From NCBI GenBank assembly GCA_000320545.1, contig ADNK01003061.1:1-64000 (forward strand): 64,000 nt of DNA, given 5' to 3'. The stretch is from Bigelowiella natans CCMP2755 (Eukaryota > Protista > Cercozoa). The translations under genes were made by a program, and so were the position numbers. Positions within the stretch are counted from its first letter, which is position 1. Each line of letters begins with the position of its first letter. Below are positions 51,198-61,799 of this stretch, in pieces. The notes below the pieces were generated by a model that was not told where the DNA came from, did not search any database, and saw nothing but the letters and a program-made list of their open reading frames with translations.

Positions 51198-54100
51198 TTT
51201 TGCTTTGCAATGATGGATCAAGGGATCGACGAAGAGCCTCAAATCGACGTTTGGAGTCCCACAAGGGCGATGAGCAAGGTGGAGGTCAAAAATTCAAGTT
51301 CAAATGATGTTGAGAATGGAGAGGAGAGCAAACCGGATTCAGATGCATCAGCATTGGGGCCGGCGGCTTCCTCGGAGTCGGAAAGTTCTCAGGGGGAGGC
51401 TTCGCCCCCTCACAATCTGTTGGAAAGAGTGAGTGATCTGTCAATCTCGGATTTTGAAAAGGTTGCAGCTTTGGCATTGCAGATGGATGGCATCAAGGCC
51501 AACACGGCATTGGATTTCCGATGCCTGAAAGAAGCGGGTGGATTGAAAGAGTTCACTTGTGAACGTTGTGGAGCTGAAGGAACTTGTGCGGACACCTGGG
51601 AACAAGCTCTGCTCATGGTGGAGGACCCGGAGTGGAATTTGCCTGAGTTGAAAGGAAACAAAGTTCAACAGGTTTCTGTTGGCGAGGTTGCGAAAGCGAT
51701 GGAATCTCACCGGCGACACTGCCCTGTTGAAGAAAAATTGTGCGTGGCGGCTTCAAGCCCTTCCCAGTTTCGCCGGAAAGCCAGGGGCCTGCAACAAAAA
51801 ATTCTGGTTCGTGCAGAGCTTGCAGGGCAAAAAGATTTGGCTTTTGGTTTCAAACACTTCAAAACATGTCTCTCGCCTCACACCTTGCTTGGACTCCAGC
51901 GGGAGGCAGTTCGCAACAATCATGCGTTGGCCTCGCCAAGACAGCAATTTGATCTTGCTCTCCAATGTTTGGGTGGTGAGCAGGACCCAAACGAATTGGA
52001 GGAATTGTTTGAGGACCGATCAGGTGAACTGAGAACTGGGAGGTTCCAGCATGCAGACGTCATGCACAAATGTTTCTCGGACCTCCTTGCAGAATTCTCT
52101 GGTCCAGGACTGAGCAATGGAGATGAAGTCAAGCACTTTGGAAAACCATCACATGGGCATTGCTTGGCTGAAAAATTCGCAGCCCCGCTCGTGGGAGTGA
52201 GGCCAGGTGAAGTGGATGCCTTGGTTGATCACCTCCGGCCGTTTGAGGAGGGGCATCGTGGGGCCATGCCTGTGCGTTCTGACGTGGCTGGTCTGCCAGT
52301 GGGGAAAACACAGAAGGAATGCAACCACTTCAAGAAAGGGCGGTGCCAGCATGGGAATCGATGCAAATTTCTTCACGTGCAGGATGGTTTCCAGAAAAAT
52401 GAACCCAAGTGCACGGAAGAGCAGCTTGAACAGATGAAGCTGCAGGATTGCAAGTTGTTCAAGACGGGACATTGTGGGTTTGGAAATGAGTGCAAGTTTG
52501 AGCATGCGGTGGGACAGGGTGCGATGCTTCATGAAAGTGCTCCTGGTTTGGCGACCCACGCTTGCGAGGATGTTCCGGCTTTGGAGCCCCAGGCTTGTGA
52601 GAAGACTCGCATTCAGCCTGAAGGACCAGAATCCTTGGTGCTGGGAATTGAGGAGCAGTTGATGAGTCAGGGACAGGGAGTTGACCAGAAAAAGCCGTGT
52701 GACTTGGATCCCACCTTGCGCAGCAGGAAAAAGCTGAAGTGCTTCCTGCGTGGTGAGGAAGGGGCTCCAGCGGTGATGGCTCTAGCAGACGACGGGGCGC
52801 AGCCAACTTCAATTTCGGAGGGCTTGTGCCAGAGGCTCGCCCAGGAAGGCGTGCAGTTCAAGTCGAGGAGTGTGGCAGGAGTCATTGGGGGCCTTAACTC
52901 GTCGGTGACTGACAAAATTGTGCGGGAAGTTGAGTTTTTTGTTCAGATCAAAAAATTGAAAAAGTCGGGGGAATGCATTGGATTGAAAATTTTTGCATTG
53001 GTGCTTTCAGGTCCGGTGTCGCAGGACTCAGTGATGGGCATTGATGCGCAAAGTGTCTGCCGTGTTGTTTCCTTGAAGGATCCGGATCCTGCGAAACGTT
53101 TGGTGTCCATCAACGGAGACTTGGTGCACTCTCATCCGTGCAACGTTGATGTTGCGTCGACGGATGTTGCGACAGTGCTGGGGATGGAGATGGCGTCTGT
53201 GAGATTCCTCACTGATGCAAAGCAGAATGCTGATCCGAAGGTGAAAGGAGACGGAGTCTGTCTGGATGGTTTGTCGCCTGAAGTGCAGCGGGAATCAAAG
53301 GGGTCAGCAGATCATGATTTCATCAATGATCAAGCTGATGTCATCGAAGGTTTGGACCTGCCTGACATTGATGTGCAGTCAGTTGCAAATCCCATGCGGT
53401 CAGACAAGAGTGTCGTTGCAAAACTGGGGGAGATTTTGCCCATCTCCCAGTTTGGGGACCAGCGTGGAGTTGCAAATTCGGAGTTGTGTGGTGGGCATGT
53501 TCTGCAAATGCTGGACCGGATGGAAAAGGAGAAGGACACTGGTGTGTCGATGCTGCAAGGAATGCAGCAGTTTTGTCATCTCCGCATGACAGTCTGCAGG
53601 TTCCAGAAGCACCTGGTGGAGAAATTGCCCGAAGTGGGCAAATGCAAATCAAAAGAGCCACACGATGTTCAACGTTGGCTTGAGCCTGGTGTCAAACCAG
53701 TGCGGCAACGCCCGTGCCACCTGGAGCCAAGTGAGCTTGAGCTCATGAAATCAAAGCTTGACCAGATGGTGCAAGATGGGCTTTGTTTCAAAGTTGCTGA
53801 CAACACCTCGGAGTGGTCTTCGCCTGCCTTTGGAGTTTGTGACAAGGGAAAGGCGCTGCCGAGGATTGTGGTGGCCATGGGTGGGGTCAATGGCCTCACC
53901 CGGCTGATGCATGCTGTGTGCCCGGTCACCAAGGACACGATCCGTGGGCTCATGGGAGCAAATTGGGTGATCGTGTCGGATGGCAAGGCAGCCTGGCGCC
54001 AACTCGGAAGCACGCACTGTGCAATGATGGTGTTTGTGTTTGTCACGTTGTTCGGGAGCTTCGCGAGTGAGGGCCTGCCCATGGGCCACAAGAATGCCCC

Positions 54101-54801
54101 ACAAGTTTGGGCAGAAGAGATGGCGACCAGGTTCCTCGTGGGGATGCCTGACACCATCGTGCATTTTGACGACTTCTTCACAGTGGGTCAGTCGCCAATG
54201 CAGGCCCTCCTCGCATTTGCGTGCTTCGTGCAGCAATGTGAACATTGTGATGATCACCAGAGTGTGACTGAGTTGCACGTGTTCCCCAAGCGCCTTGCGG
54301 CGGTGGGGCTCATCAAGGAAGATGGGTCACATCACCCGGATCCCCAGCGCACGAGCGCCATGGACGAATTGGCGCGGCCTGTGAAAGGAAGGCGGTTTTC
54401 AAAGCACGTGCGTCGCATCATTGGGTTGTTCGTTTGTCGTTTGGAACACGTGCAAGGTTTTTGGGATGTGGCTGCGCCCATCAAAGCGCTGTCGGTCAAG
54501 GACGCTGTGCAAGAATGGACGGACGCCCACGACGCCAGCTTGGACAAGTTGAAGCGCATGCTCAAGGAAGCTGTGCTGCACGTGCCGGATTGTGAGTTGA
54601 TCTCTGTGGACGCGCCGTTCATCGTGGACACGGATGCATCCGATGCAGCTGGCGGCGCGACGCTGTCGCAGATCACAAATGGCAAAGAGAGGCTGTTGTC
54701 TTGCCATTCGTTCGCATGGAAGGCGAGCGAAAGGGCATGGCACATCGTGCGCAAGGAACTCACAGCGGGCGCAAAGGGACTGCATCGGTTCCAGCACACG
54801 A

Positions 54802-55217
54802 TGTCAGAAGTGGATGGCGGCGCGGTGCAGAATGCAGGCCAATGGCGCGATTGGGTCGAGGCAGGAAGGAAGGAAGGAAGGGCAGGAGGACAGCTGCACA
54901 AGCGGCTGCCTCAATTCCACGTTGAATTCTGACCTTTTTCACATGCATGCACCAAGTCAATTGCTCATCAGGCGAAATCACCTGAAACCAAACGTGCTGC
55001 AGCGAGCCAGGCAGTTGGGCTCACTTCCTTTGCTGCCACAAAGGAAGTGCATGCAGCGTTGTGCCGCGACATGCTTGTCGCAGGCACACAACTCGCCTGC
55101 ACTCGCAGCCTCTTGCTTCGTGCTTGTCGCAGCCTGCAAACGCCCGCAGATCTCTCTGCCGTTGCAGCTGGCTGCTCGAGCAAGCACTTCGCGCGCTGAG
55201 TGCAAAGCACTCCAACA
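54802..55217. mobile_element. Copia-type solo LTR (416 bp) nested in the Gypsy RNase H
   Basis: tgtcagaag...cactccaaca flanked by the 5-bp TSD cacga (54797-54801 and 55218-55222); termini resemble the LTR at 25351-25716. Confidence 0.85.
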
Positions 55218-57084
55218 CACGATCAAGGGCTGTCCCGTGCGTGTGCGCATGGATGCCAAGACTGCGCGACGTTTTGCGCTGCGTGGTCAGGACAAAGTGC
55301 AGCTGCCCTGCACAAAATTGAGTGCTGCGCATGCTGGTCATTCTTTGGTCGGAGTCGAGCACCGCAAGGGTGAGTGCCACACAAACGTGGATCCGTTTGG
55401 CAGGCCTGCTGCGGATGAAACGCGCGAGGAGAAGAAGCGACACCGGCAATCATTGGAGGCTTTGTTTCCCATGCACGTGGAAGCGGCCAAGTCCACTGCG
55501 TGCTGTGCCAAGGAAGTGTCTCTGTCTTCACGTCTGGCGCATGAGACCACGACAGACTTTGAGGTTGCTTGTGCATCTGTGTGCAGCATTGCGCCCACGT
55601 TGGAGTGTGGGGCGATGGAAGTGCGCATGGAGTCGCTGTTGCCGGAGCACAAGCTGGCGCAACAAGAACAGGATTTTGGCAAAGTGATTGCTGCGCTGCA
55701 GGATGAAGACAGCGCTGATCACTTGCTGGTGCGCTCGCGATGCAAGGTCGTGGATGGTGCGCTGCATCACGTGGGAGCTTTCCAAGTTGGTGACAGCATC
55801 TCGCTGCAGCTGTGTGTCCCAGCTGCAGATCGCATCAAAGTGATGCAGGCTCACCACGTTGATGACATGTCAAATCATCGCAATGCGAATGATTTGGCTG
55901 CCCGGGTTCTGCTCACTTGTCATTGGCCCGGACTGCAGCGAGATTGCCGAAAACTTGCAAGGGGCTGCCAAGTTTGCATGCGGACTGAGACACGCATGAG
56001 GCAGACCCCTCACCAGCAACGTGCCGACAATGAGCTGAATGGCACTGTCGCGGTGGACACCATTGGTCCGGTTGAAGGAACCAAGCATCACGTCCAAACG
56101 CTTTGCATCGTGGCCATCGGATGCATCTGTGCGCGGGCTGTTGAAAGGATTGGCTCGGCCAAGACTGCAGATTTCATTGTGACTTGCATTCTTCAGTGTG
56201 GTTGCCCCAAAAAGATCCTGATGGATCAGGGCCCAGAAAATGCAGGAAACACAATGACACATTTGCAGAATGGGCTGCGGCCAAAGTGCCTCAAAATCTC
56301 GGCGAAGAACAGCCAAGGGAACTCGGTTCTGGAGCGAAAGCATGGGGCTGTTGACAACGGGATCATGGCCATGCTGCTCCAGAACCTTGACGAGAGAACG
56401 AATTGGCACCAGCACCTGGATGTGATTGCGTTCAGTGCAAATGCCACCACCGATGAAAATGGATGCTCTCCCGCGAGGCTTTTGTTTGGACATCAACCAA
56501 AATTCCTCGCGGATGTGAAAGCCAAAAGCCTGGGTGTCCCGGACATGGTTCGGATGGATGAACGCATCCGGGGGCTTGAAAAAATCCGTTCACTTTGTGC
56601 CACGCTCAAGGAGGACTGTGAGCTTGCAAAAAATTTCAAGCGCAATGAAAAGCTTGAAGTCCAAGATTCTTTTGCTGTGGGAGATCTCGTTTGGTTGCAT
56701 CGTGAAGAAAATGGAAGCCAGAATGCTGTGACCAAAAAGCACCAAGTTGATAAGACGGGGCCAGTTGCGGTTGCATCGAAAAGTGAGAAGGGAAATGCGC
56801 ATGTTGTTGTTGATCTTGCTACGGGTTGCAAAAATGATGTTCATGCTGAACACCTTTCCCCGTGTGGCACTTTCAGGGAGCTCCCTCCACTGAAGGAAGT
56901 GTCGCCGGACAGTGCATGCGATGATGCTTCTGATGGTCCTGTGAGTTCTTCTGGCTCTTCAGATTCCATCGGACCGGCTGAGGGTCGGGTTTCGCGGGCT
57001 GATGTTCCACCTGGCAAGCGTTGCCGCAAAAAGGTGGATTTTGGTCCTTTCATTTCTTGGGGTGTGAGCCCTTGTTTTTCTTCC

Positions 57085-57105
57085 AAAAAAGGGAGGGGGG
57101 GGGAG
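57085..57105 (+). promoter_or_regulatory. Polypurine tract
   Basis: aaaaaagggagggggggggag ends 3 nt before the 3' LTR. Confidence 0.85.
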
Positions 57106-57108
57106 TGG

Positions 57109-57961
57109 TGTGGTCGGCCATGACCACCAAGTGCGTGCTTGTGTCACAGCATGTAGTTTTGTTCCAGTTTGGTCTCAGTGGTGGCATGTTGGACACGTGC
57201 GTTTGCATGTGCGATGCATGCATGCTTGCGCATTTGTCTCAGGCAGTGCGACAGGCTTTCCAAGTCATGCACACACCAGGTGGCATGCATGTGTTCAGTT
57301 TCCATCATGGTTTCTTTTGTGTGCAAGTTTGTGGACACATGTGAGCCTGATTGCATGGGTGCGCGTTGGCATGCAAAGGTGTGCATGTTGCATGCGTGGC
57401 ATGGGGGTTTCCACGTGATGTCACATGGGTTCAGATGGCATGTCAGCATGATGTGACATGTCAGCATCGTGTGGGTGATGGTCACATTCTTCCAGTGCAG
57501 CTTGATGATGAAGCACATGGATGGGGAAGCAGCACTAGGAAGTGATGCAGTTGCCCAATTCGTGTGCATGTGTGGGGACAAAATGAGTTAGCAAGTTTGC
57601 GCATTGTGGCCCCGCTTGGGCCAGTGCGACATGGAACAAGTTGGGTTGCAAAAGGGAACTTTTGCAGCACAAGTTAGCGAAACAATGTCAGGGAAAAATG
57701 TCACCCTCTCAATCTGAAAATGGCGTGATGTGATGTGCTCAACTAAACTAGTCACAGCAAAGTGAAACGCGCGCGCAAAAGTCAAAAGACCCGCGTGCGA
57801 GCGGTGATGTCCTCTTGGGAGCTTGTTTTGGCATGCATGCTCAAGCTCCTCACAATGTGTTGTCATCATCAGGGTTTTGGTGTTTTGTTTTCAATGAGCA
57901 TTGATTGCATTGACGTGCAACAACAAGCATCAGCTGGCAGCGCATCTGTTGGCTAATTGCA
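57109..57961 (+). repeat. Gypsy 3' LTR
   Basis: Direct repeat of 50335-51187; tgtggtcgg...ggctaattgca. Confidence 0.95.
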
Positions 57962-58809
57962 CGCATGCTTCTTCATTTTTTTTTCGACCCCCACTTCAAT
58001 CAGTGCTTTCTAGCTTTTTTATGATAGACATGCAATACACAATATATATAATATATATAGTGTATTGCTAATCTATTATTTTTCTGACCTCCTTCATTTT
58101 GCAAATTGAGGGGGTTCATGGGGCTTTTTGAAACAAAACTTTTTGACACATGTGCACACGTCTAGATGTGCATCAAAATGCTTGCACACTTTGATGCATG
58201 AAACCCCCTCCCCCCAAAAACACCCCCTTCAAAACACAAGCATGACAATGCAATGTGACACAGCACAACAATGCAGTCGCACAATGATGCTGTCGCATGA
58301 CGTAGTCGCATCGCTTTGCGATGTGTGATGTGCAAGCAATGACAACAATGATCATTGCAACCGCTAATGATGGCATCACAAGTTGCAGTTGCATCGTTTT
58401 GCGAGGTGTGCCTTGCACACTGTGCCGCTATTAGCGGTCATGATGATCATCATTGTTGTTACTTGCACATCACACACCTGCTAGTTAGCTTGTGTGGCTA
58501 TGCATTATCCATATTCATTGCAGCCTAAGCTATCTTAGCGCACACATTGTCAACGTATCCACCTTTTTACACCACTTGCCTCAATCCATCAACATCTGCC
58601 TAGTGTCGTTCAACTGCTTCATTGCATTGATCATTGGTGAGTTAAGTCTAGAAGTGTGCAGTGGATTTCACACCACTTGTGTTTGAACACAGCAGTGCAT
58701 GTGTTTCCTTGTTCTTACTATTTTGAGTTTCGGAAGGTTGAGTTTTAATTGTACTGGATTGCCGTAGCGCTAATTCAATGAACTCCAAATCAATTTGACA
58801 CCGACTCAT

Positions 58810-59064
58810 TCACCGTACATTGGAGTCATCATCACCCTGAACAGGGTCGGAGCTCTTTTCCTCCTCATTGGGAGCAGTGACTATATTTGGGTGCTTTTGT
58901 TTGAGATGGCGCGTAAGATTGGATCTGTAGCGAAATTTTTTGGAGCAATTAGGGCAGGTAAATGGCTGCTCACCACTGTGCGACCGAAGGTGGGACAACA
59001 TGTGGGAACGACCCCTTTTCTCTGCATTGCACATCTTGCACCTGTATCGAAGATTCATCCGTCC
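58810..59064 (-). CDS. C2H2 zinc-finger protein; last exon, copy 2
   Basis: Same translation as the copy at 45584-45838. Confidence 0.8.
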   Translation of the reverse strand, partial: GRMNLRYRCKMCNAEKRGRSHMLSHLRSHSGEQPFTCPNCSKKFRYRSNLTRHLKQKHPNIVTAPNEEEKSSDPVQGDDDSNVR

Positions 59065-59328
59065 TGAGATTACGGCATAAACACATGATTTCCAAATTAG
59101 CAAACGTTTTAAAGTCTTTGAAAATCTCATGCTATTTCAAAAAACAGAGTTTCAGAACTCCAAAACAAGATCAAGTCACGAGATCAAACTTCACACTCGT
59201 AAATAGATATTTATAATCGAATTGTAAGTTTTATGTGACTTAAGTAATATTTCTCATTTAGACCTGGAGGTTTTAAGGAAAAAAAAATCTTTCTTTCATA
59301 CATGTTTATAACATTGTTAACTTACATT

Positions 59329-60659
59329 CTATTTCATCATTACAGTCGTCATAGAAAGACCTGTTTCTTTGTTGATTCTATGCACAGCTGTCATCCCAAC
59401 TCCTATCTCCAAGTTTTTGAGCTCTTCTGATTCCTGATATTCCTCATAATCTGTCACCCCAGTTGAAGTTTCAATATTGTCTTTTGCATCTTGTGCTGCT
59501 GTAGCAACAAATGGGTGGTCCGAACGAACACTGTTCACAACAGGTGTAGCAGTATATGTAATCGGAGGGGGGGCTGGCACACTGGCAATGGCGTAGCTGA
59601 CGTAGGTTGACTCAAATCGAGGGGCTGGCAAATTATCCTGAGTCATTGGTGCAGGAAGCTGGGTAGGGATTAAATGGACAGGGGCTCCAACGATTACTGG
59701 ATGACGAGGATGTTCTCTATCTTGGGGGGGGGGAGGAGCACGAACCAGTAGCGTCCTTCTCCCCACTTGACGTGTTGGATTGCAATACTGAACGGGAGGT
59801 AATGGCGTTTCTCTATTGGCACGCATCACCGGAACATGTTGCACTCTTGGTGTTTGATAAATCAGGGGCACTGGCGGTACCGTGCTGCTAATGCTGGAAT
59901 ATCCAATTGGCTCATAGTTCGGGTACAACGGGACTTCTGGCTGATAAGCTCCCACGGTCTTCGTCTCATATGGAATCGTTGGTTGTATAGCATACACAAC
60001 ACCTATATTGCTAATCTCGTTTTCGTAGAGAGTTTGAGATCTCAGAGGATTTCTTGGAACAGCTGGAACAACACGAATCTGCTCGTGATGTTGTGGATAG
60101 AGACCATTTCCAGCATTAACAAGTCTCGACGATGTCGCTTTTCCGGTTACTGTTGCATATCCGGAGCTTTCCTCTGCGTTAAATCTCTTGTCAAATTGGT
60201 TACGCACATTTCTCACGTCATTTCTTGGGATATGATAGGTGGGAGGCTGCTTCCGAGTAGTAGTAGTAGTAGTAGTAGTATCTCTGTAACCTATGAAACA
60301 AAGAATACAAGGTCGAACCTTGCAATCAATCTTGCAACCAAACCAGCTTTACCTCTCCTCTGTTTTTGATTTTCGCTATTACTGGGGACACATTCTCGTC
60401 GCCGCCTTTTCCTACTATCCGAAGTACTAAAACCTGTACCACATCAAACGCTGATGCCTAATGTTTATTATCCACATGTCTGGTTACTACCTAAGCCAAT
60501 CTGATGACTTTCAGGAATTTCTCTGGAAACTTCTGTGCCATGGCATTTAGCATCTACTTCCCGCTTGACCACATGCTCTCTAAGGCCGGTGGACATGGTA
60601 TTCTCATCACACACCTTCGCTCGCTTCTTTAGATCTAGTAGAGGTATACCCAGTTCCAA
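59329..60659 (-). CDS. Pro-rich hypothetical protein, intact copy; probably several exons
   Basis: 295-aa open frame at 59329-60216 plus a likely upstream exon in 60468-60659; no family recognised. Confidence 0.55.
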
Positions 60660-61741
60660 AAATCAACAGGATTTTATACGTGAGACAACAAATATAATTC
60701 AAGAACATTGATCAAACAGAGACCACTGGAGCAAGAGTGTGTCTTACCCACGGACGTAACTCGCGATGAAAGACAGCACTTTATAAGCGGTCCATTTAGT
60801 ACGATTTACAATTACATCCCTAATACATGATAAAAAAAGTTTATATTTCTGCATAGAATATCTCCAAGAGTGCTAACTTTGTGAGATATAACGTATCTAG
60901 GTTTCTCCTCTCACGGTTACGAAGAAGCTAAAAATCGCTTTCATTAACCACCATATCGACGCGGCTGAAGTGGCAATTTTGGAACTCTAGCGATCTTTGG
61001 AAAAGAAAACGACCTTGAAATCTATTAACAAGGAGCGGATTTGTCATCTCGCAGAGCATGTCTGTGATGCGACATGATGAATCTTTGGTTCAAATGAACG
61101 GACCAGTAGGGTGATCAGCAAAGTTAGATTCTTTCCGAAATCGGCGTGCAAAATACATTTACGCCAAAAAGATTTAACAAAAGCACAATTCCCCACATCG
61201 TTTCTGAGGTCTACGCCCTACCGGTCTACCGGTACGCATTACCTCGTAGCATTTCTGCAAACGATAGAATAAAGAGAATGCGACAATTATTTTTCATTGT
61301 CGCTATCATCTAATTTAAACGATATCAAGTATTGTCGTCACTAAAAATGGACCTCATTTGTTGGGAGAGGGAGATGTCGCTCTTGGGAATTGCCGAATCA
61401 ATCTACTTCCCTACCCCTACGCTCCACACCCTTCCTTCCACCAATGGACAATCGGCTCTGTTTCAAGTCTTCTCTTTTCTCATAACTGCGACCAAATTGA
61501 TAATTCTAAGCGCCACCGTGATCCATCTATTCATATTTATATGCGCTATTCTTACAACCACAAAAGGGATGCAATCGAGAGGTTCTTCATCGCCAGCATT
61601 ATATACACCCTTTTTCGTTGCCAAAATGCTTGCTGTGCAGTTCATGAACATGAAATCTCATTCATTAACAAATTTCAATTTTACCATTCCTGAATATGAT
61701 AAACATACTTCTGTAAATCTTTTATGTGCTACGTGCGAGAC

Positions 61742-61791
<50 letters not shown>

Positions 61792-61799
61792 TTGTGTGT

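Larger units (their letters stand above)
51210..57123 (+). pseudogene. gag-pol polyprotein (2x CCCH finger, aspartic protease, RT, RNase H, integrase), interrupted at 54802-55222
   Basis: Protease ALADDGA; RT WSSPAF, LPMGHKNAP, IVHFDDF (YxDD -> HFDD); RNase H FIVDTDASD...KEL; integrase H..H..CHWPGL..CQVC, VDTIGP, ILMDQG, LERKH. Removing the 421-bp insertion joins the two ORF-track frames as FQHTIKG. Confidence 0.93.
50335..57961 (+). mobile_element. Full-length Ty3/Gypsy LTR retrotransposon, hypermutated
   Basis: LTRs 50335-51187 and 57109-57961 (853 bp each, TG...CA). TSD cgcat at 50330-50334 and 57962-57966, with the empty site visible in the left TIR. PBS after the 5' LTR, polypurine tract before the 3' LTR; domain order PR-RT-RH-IN. 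Confidence 0.97.
42936..58477. mobile_element. Long-TIR (~590 bp) non-autonomous cargo element, later hit by a Gypsy insertion and a duplication
   Basis: 42936-~43525 is the reverse complement of ~50153-50334 plus 57967-58477 (right arm split by the Gypsy element). Candidate TSD tgctagt at 42929-42935 and 58479-58485. No transposase seen. Confidence 0.75.

Noticed and set aside
54790-55223. Reading the RNase H insertion as a hAT or SINE with an 8-13 bp TSD
   Set aside because: TG...CA ends with a 5-bp TSD and similarity to the Copia LTR at 25351 fit better; the longer match arises from chance overlap with the LTR termini.
50988-57123. Alternative genetic code or ADAR-type RNA editing explaining Tyr->His/Cys
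   Set aside because: Neighbouring genes use Tyr normally. The changes affect both strands, non-coding DNA and flanks, and differ between the two LTRs.
50335-57961. CpG methylation decay or fungal RIP as the cause of the TG/CA excess
   Set aside because: CG remains common, TA is the missing dinucleotide, paralogs show TA as ancestral, and RIP would create TA and stop codons.
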